Assembly (NCBI GenBank): GCA_964276515.1
Contig: OZ193909.1
Coordinates: 21,266,001 to 21,330,000, forward strand
Reading direction: 5' to 3'
Origin: Gordius albopunctatus
Taxonomy: Eukaryota
Length of the DNA: 64,000 bases
Both the position numbers and the translations under genes were made by a program. The first letter of the stretch is position 1, and each line of letters begins with the position of its first letter. Below are positions 63,523 to 64,000 of the stretch, one piece after another. Below the pieces are notes generated by a model. The model did no database searches and was not told where the DNA came from. It saw only the letters and a list, made by a program, of their open reading frames with translations.

Positions 63523-64000
63523 GTAATTAATATTTAACAATTTTTTAACAACTTTTTGCAATATCTCCTCTCCTGTCTTGTGTCTATTGGACCTAAGTCA
63601 CTTTGAAAAATAGACTAGAGGCCAGCATGACCCCTAGGGTTCGGGTTAAAAAATTTTTAAATGCTTTGGCGTCGCTTCCGGTTTAAAAATTTGAAAAATT
63701 TTCGTGTCCAGTTGGGTTTAGGTAGAAAAAAGTGACTTTGTAGACCTCTAGTTTACACTCAATCTGAAGTCATCACTTGATTGTTGTATATCGGCTCGTT
63801 TTTGAAATTTTACAATATTATTAAAATACTATTATCAATCAGGGTCTAAATAGGGTGAGGTAATAAAACCCATTTTCCCTAATTTTATGGCTATTTTATA
63901 AAAGTTTGTTTGCGCTTTTAATCTTACATTCTTTTGATGAGTTAAGAAAATCAGTCGGTAGTTTGCATGTTGTCCTGTGCATACCCATGGGCGTAGCTAA

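Overview
AT-rich, intron-containing animal (invertebrate) genomic DNA; not prokaryotic, and no CRISPR, rRNA or complete tRNA genes were seen. Host genes: the 3' tail of a class XV unconventional myosin (+, 226-10987, 20 exons); a complete BPTF/NURF301 gene (+, 17786-37137); two tandem, divergent 7-TM receptor paralogues (-; one with an intronless CDS at 41453-42733, one with 3 exons at 47431-52599); and the 5' half of a PM20D1-like M20 peptidase (+, from 60149). Introns and spacers are full of transposon debris: RTE and CRE-like non-LTR elements, a Gypsy integrase remnant, a solo LTR, hAT transposase remnants, several MITE families with verifiable TSDs, a Lep1-type Helitron and Helentron-associated (HINE/DINE-like) elements. 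The most notable observations are a Penelope-type minimal hammerhead ribozyme motif on the sense strand of the last BPTF intron (with a second, split and inverted copy 1.8 kb away), a 12 x 62-bp array that appears to have grown from an internal motif of the HINE family, the intronless versus intron-containing GPCR pair, and CpG depletion confined to the 5' exons of BPTF. All exon structures were deduced by eye from GT-AG sites and frame continuity.
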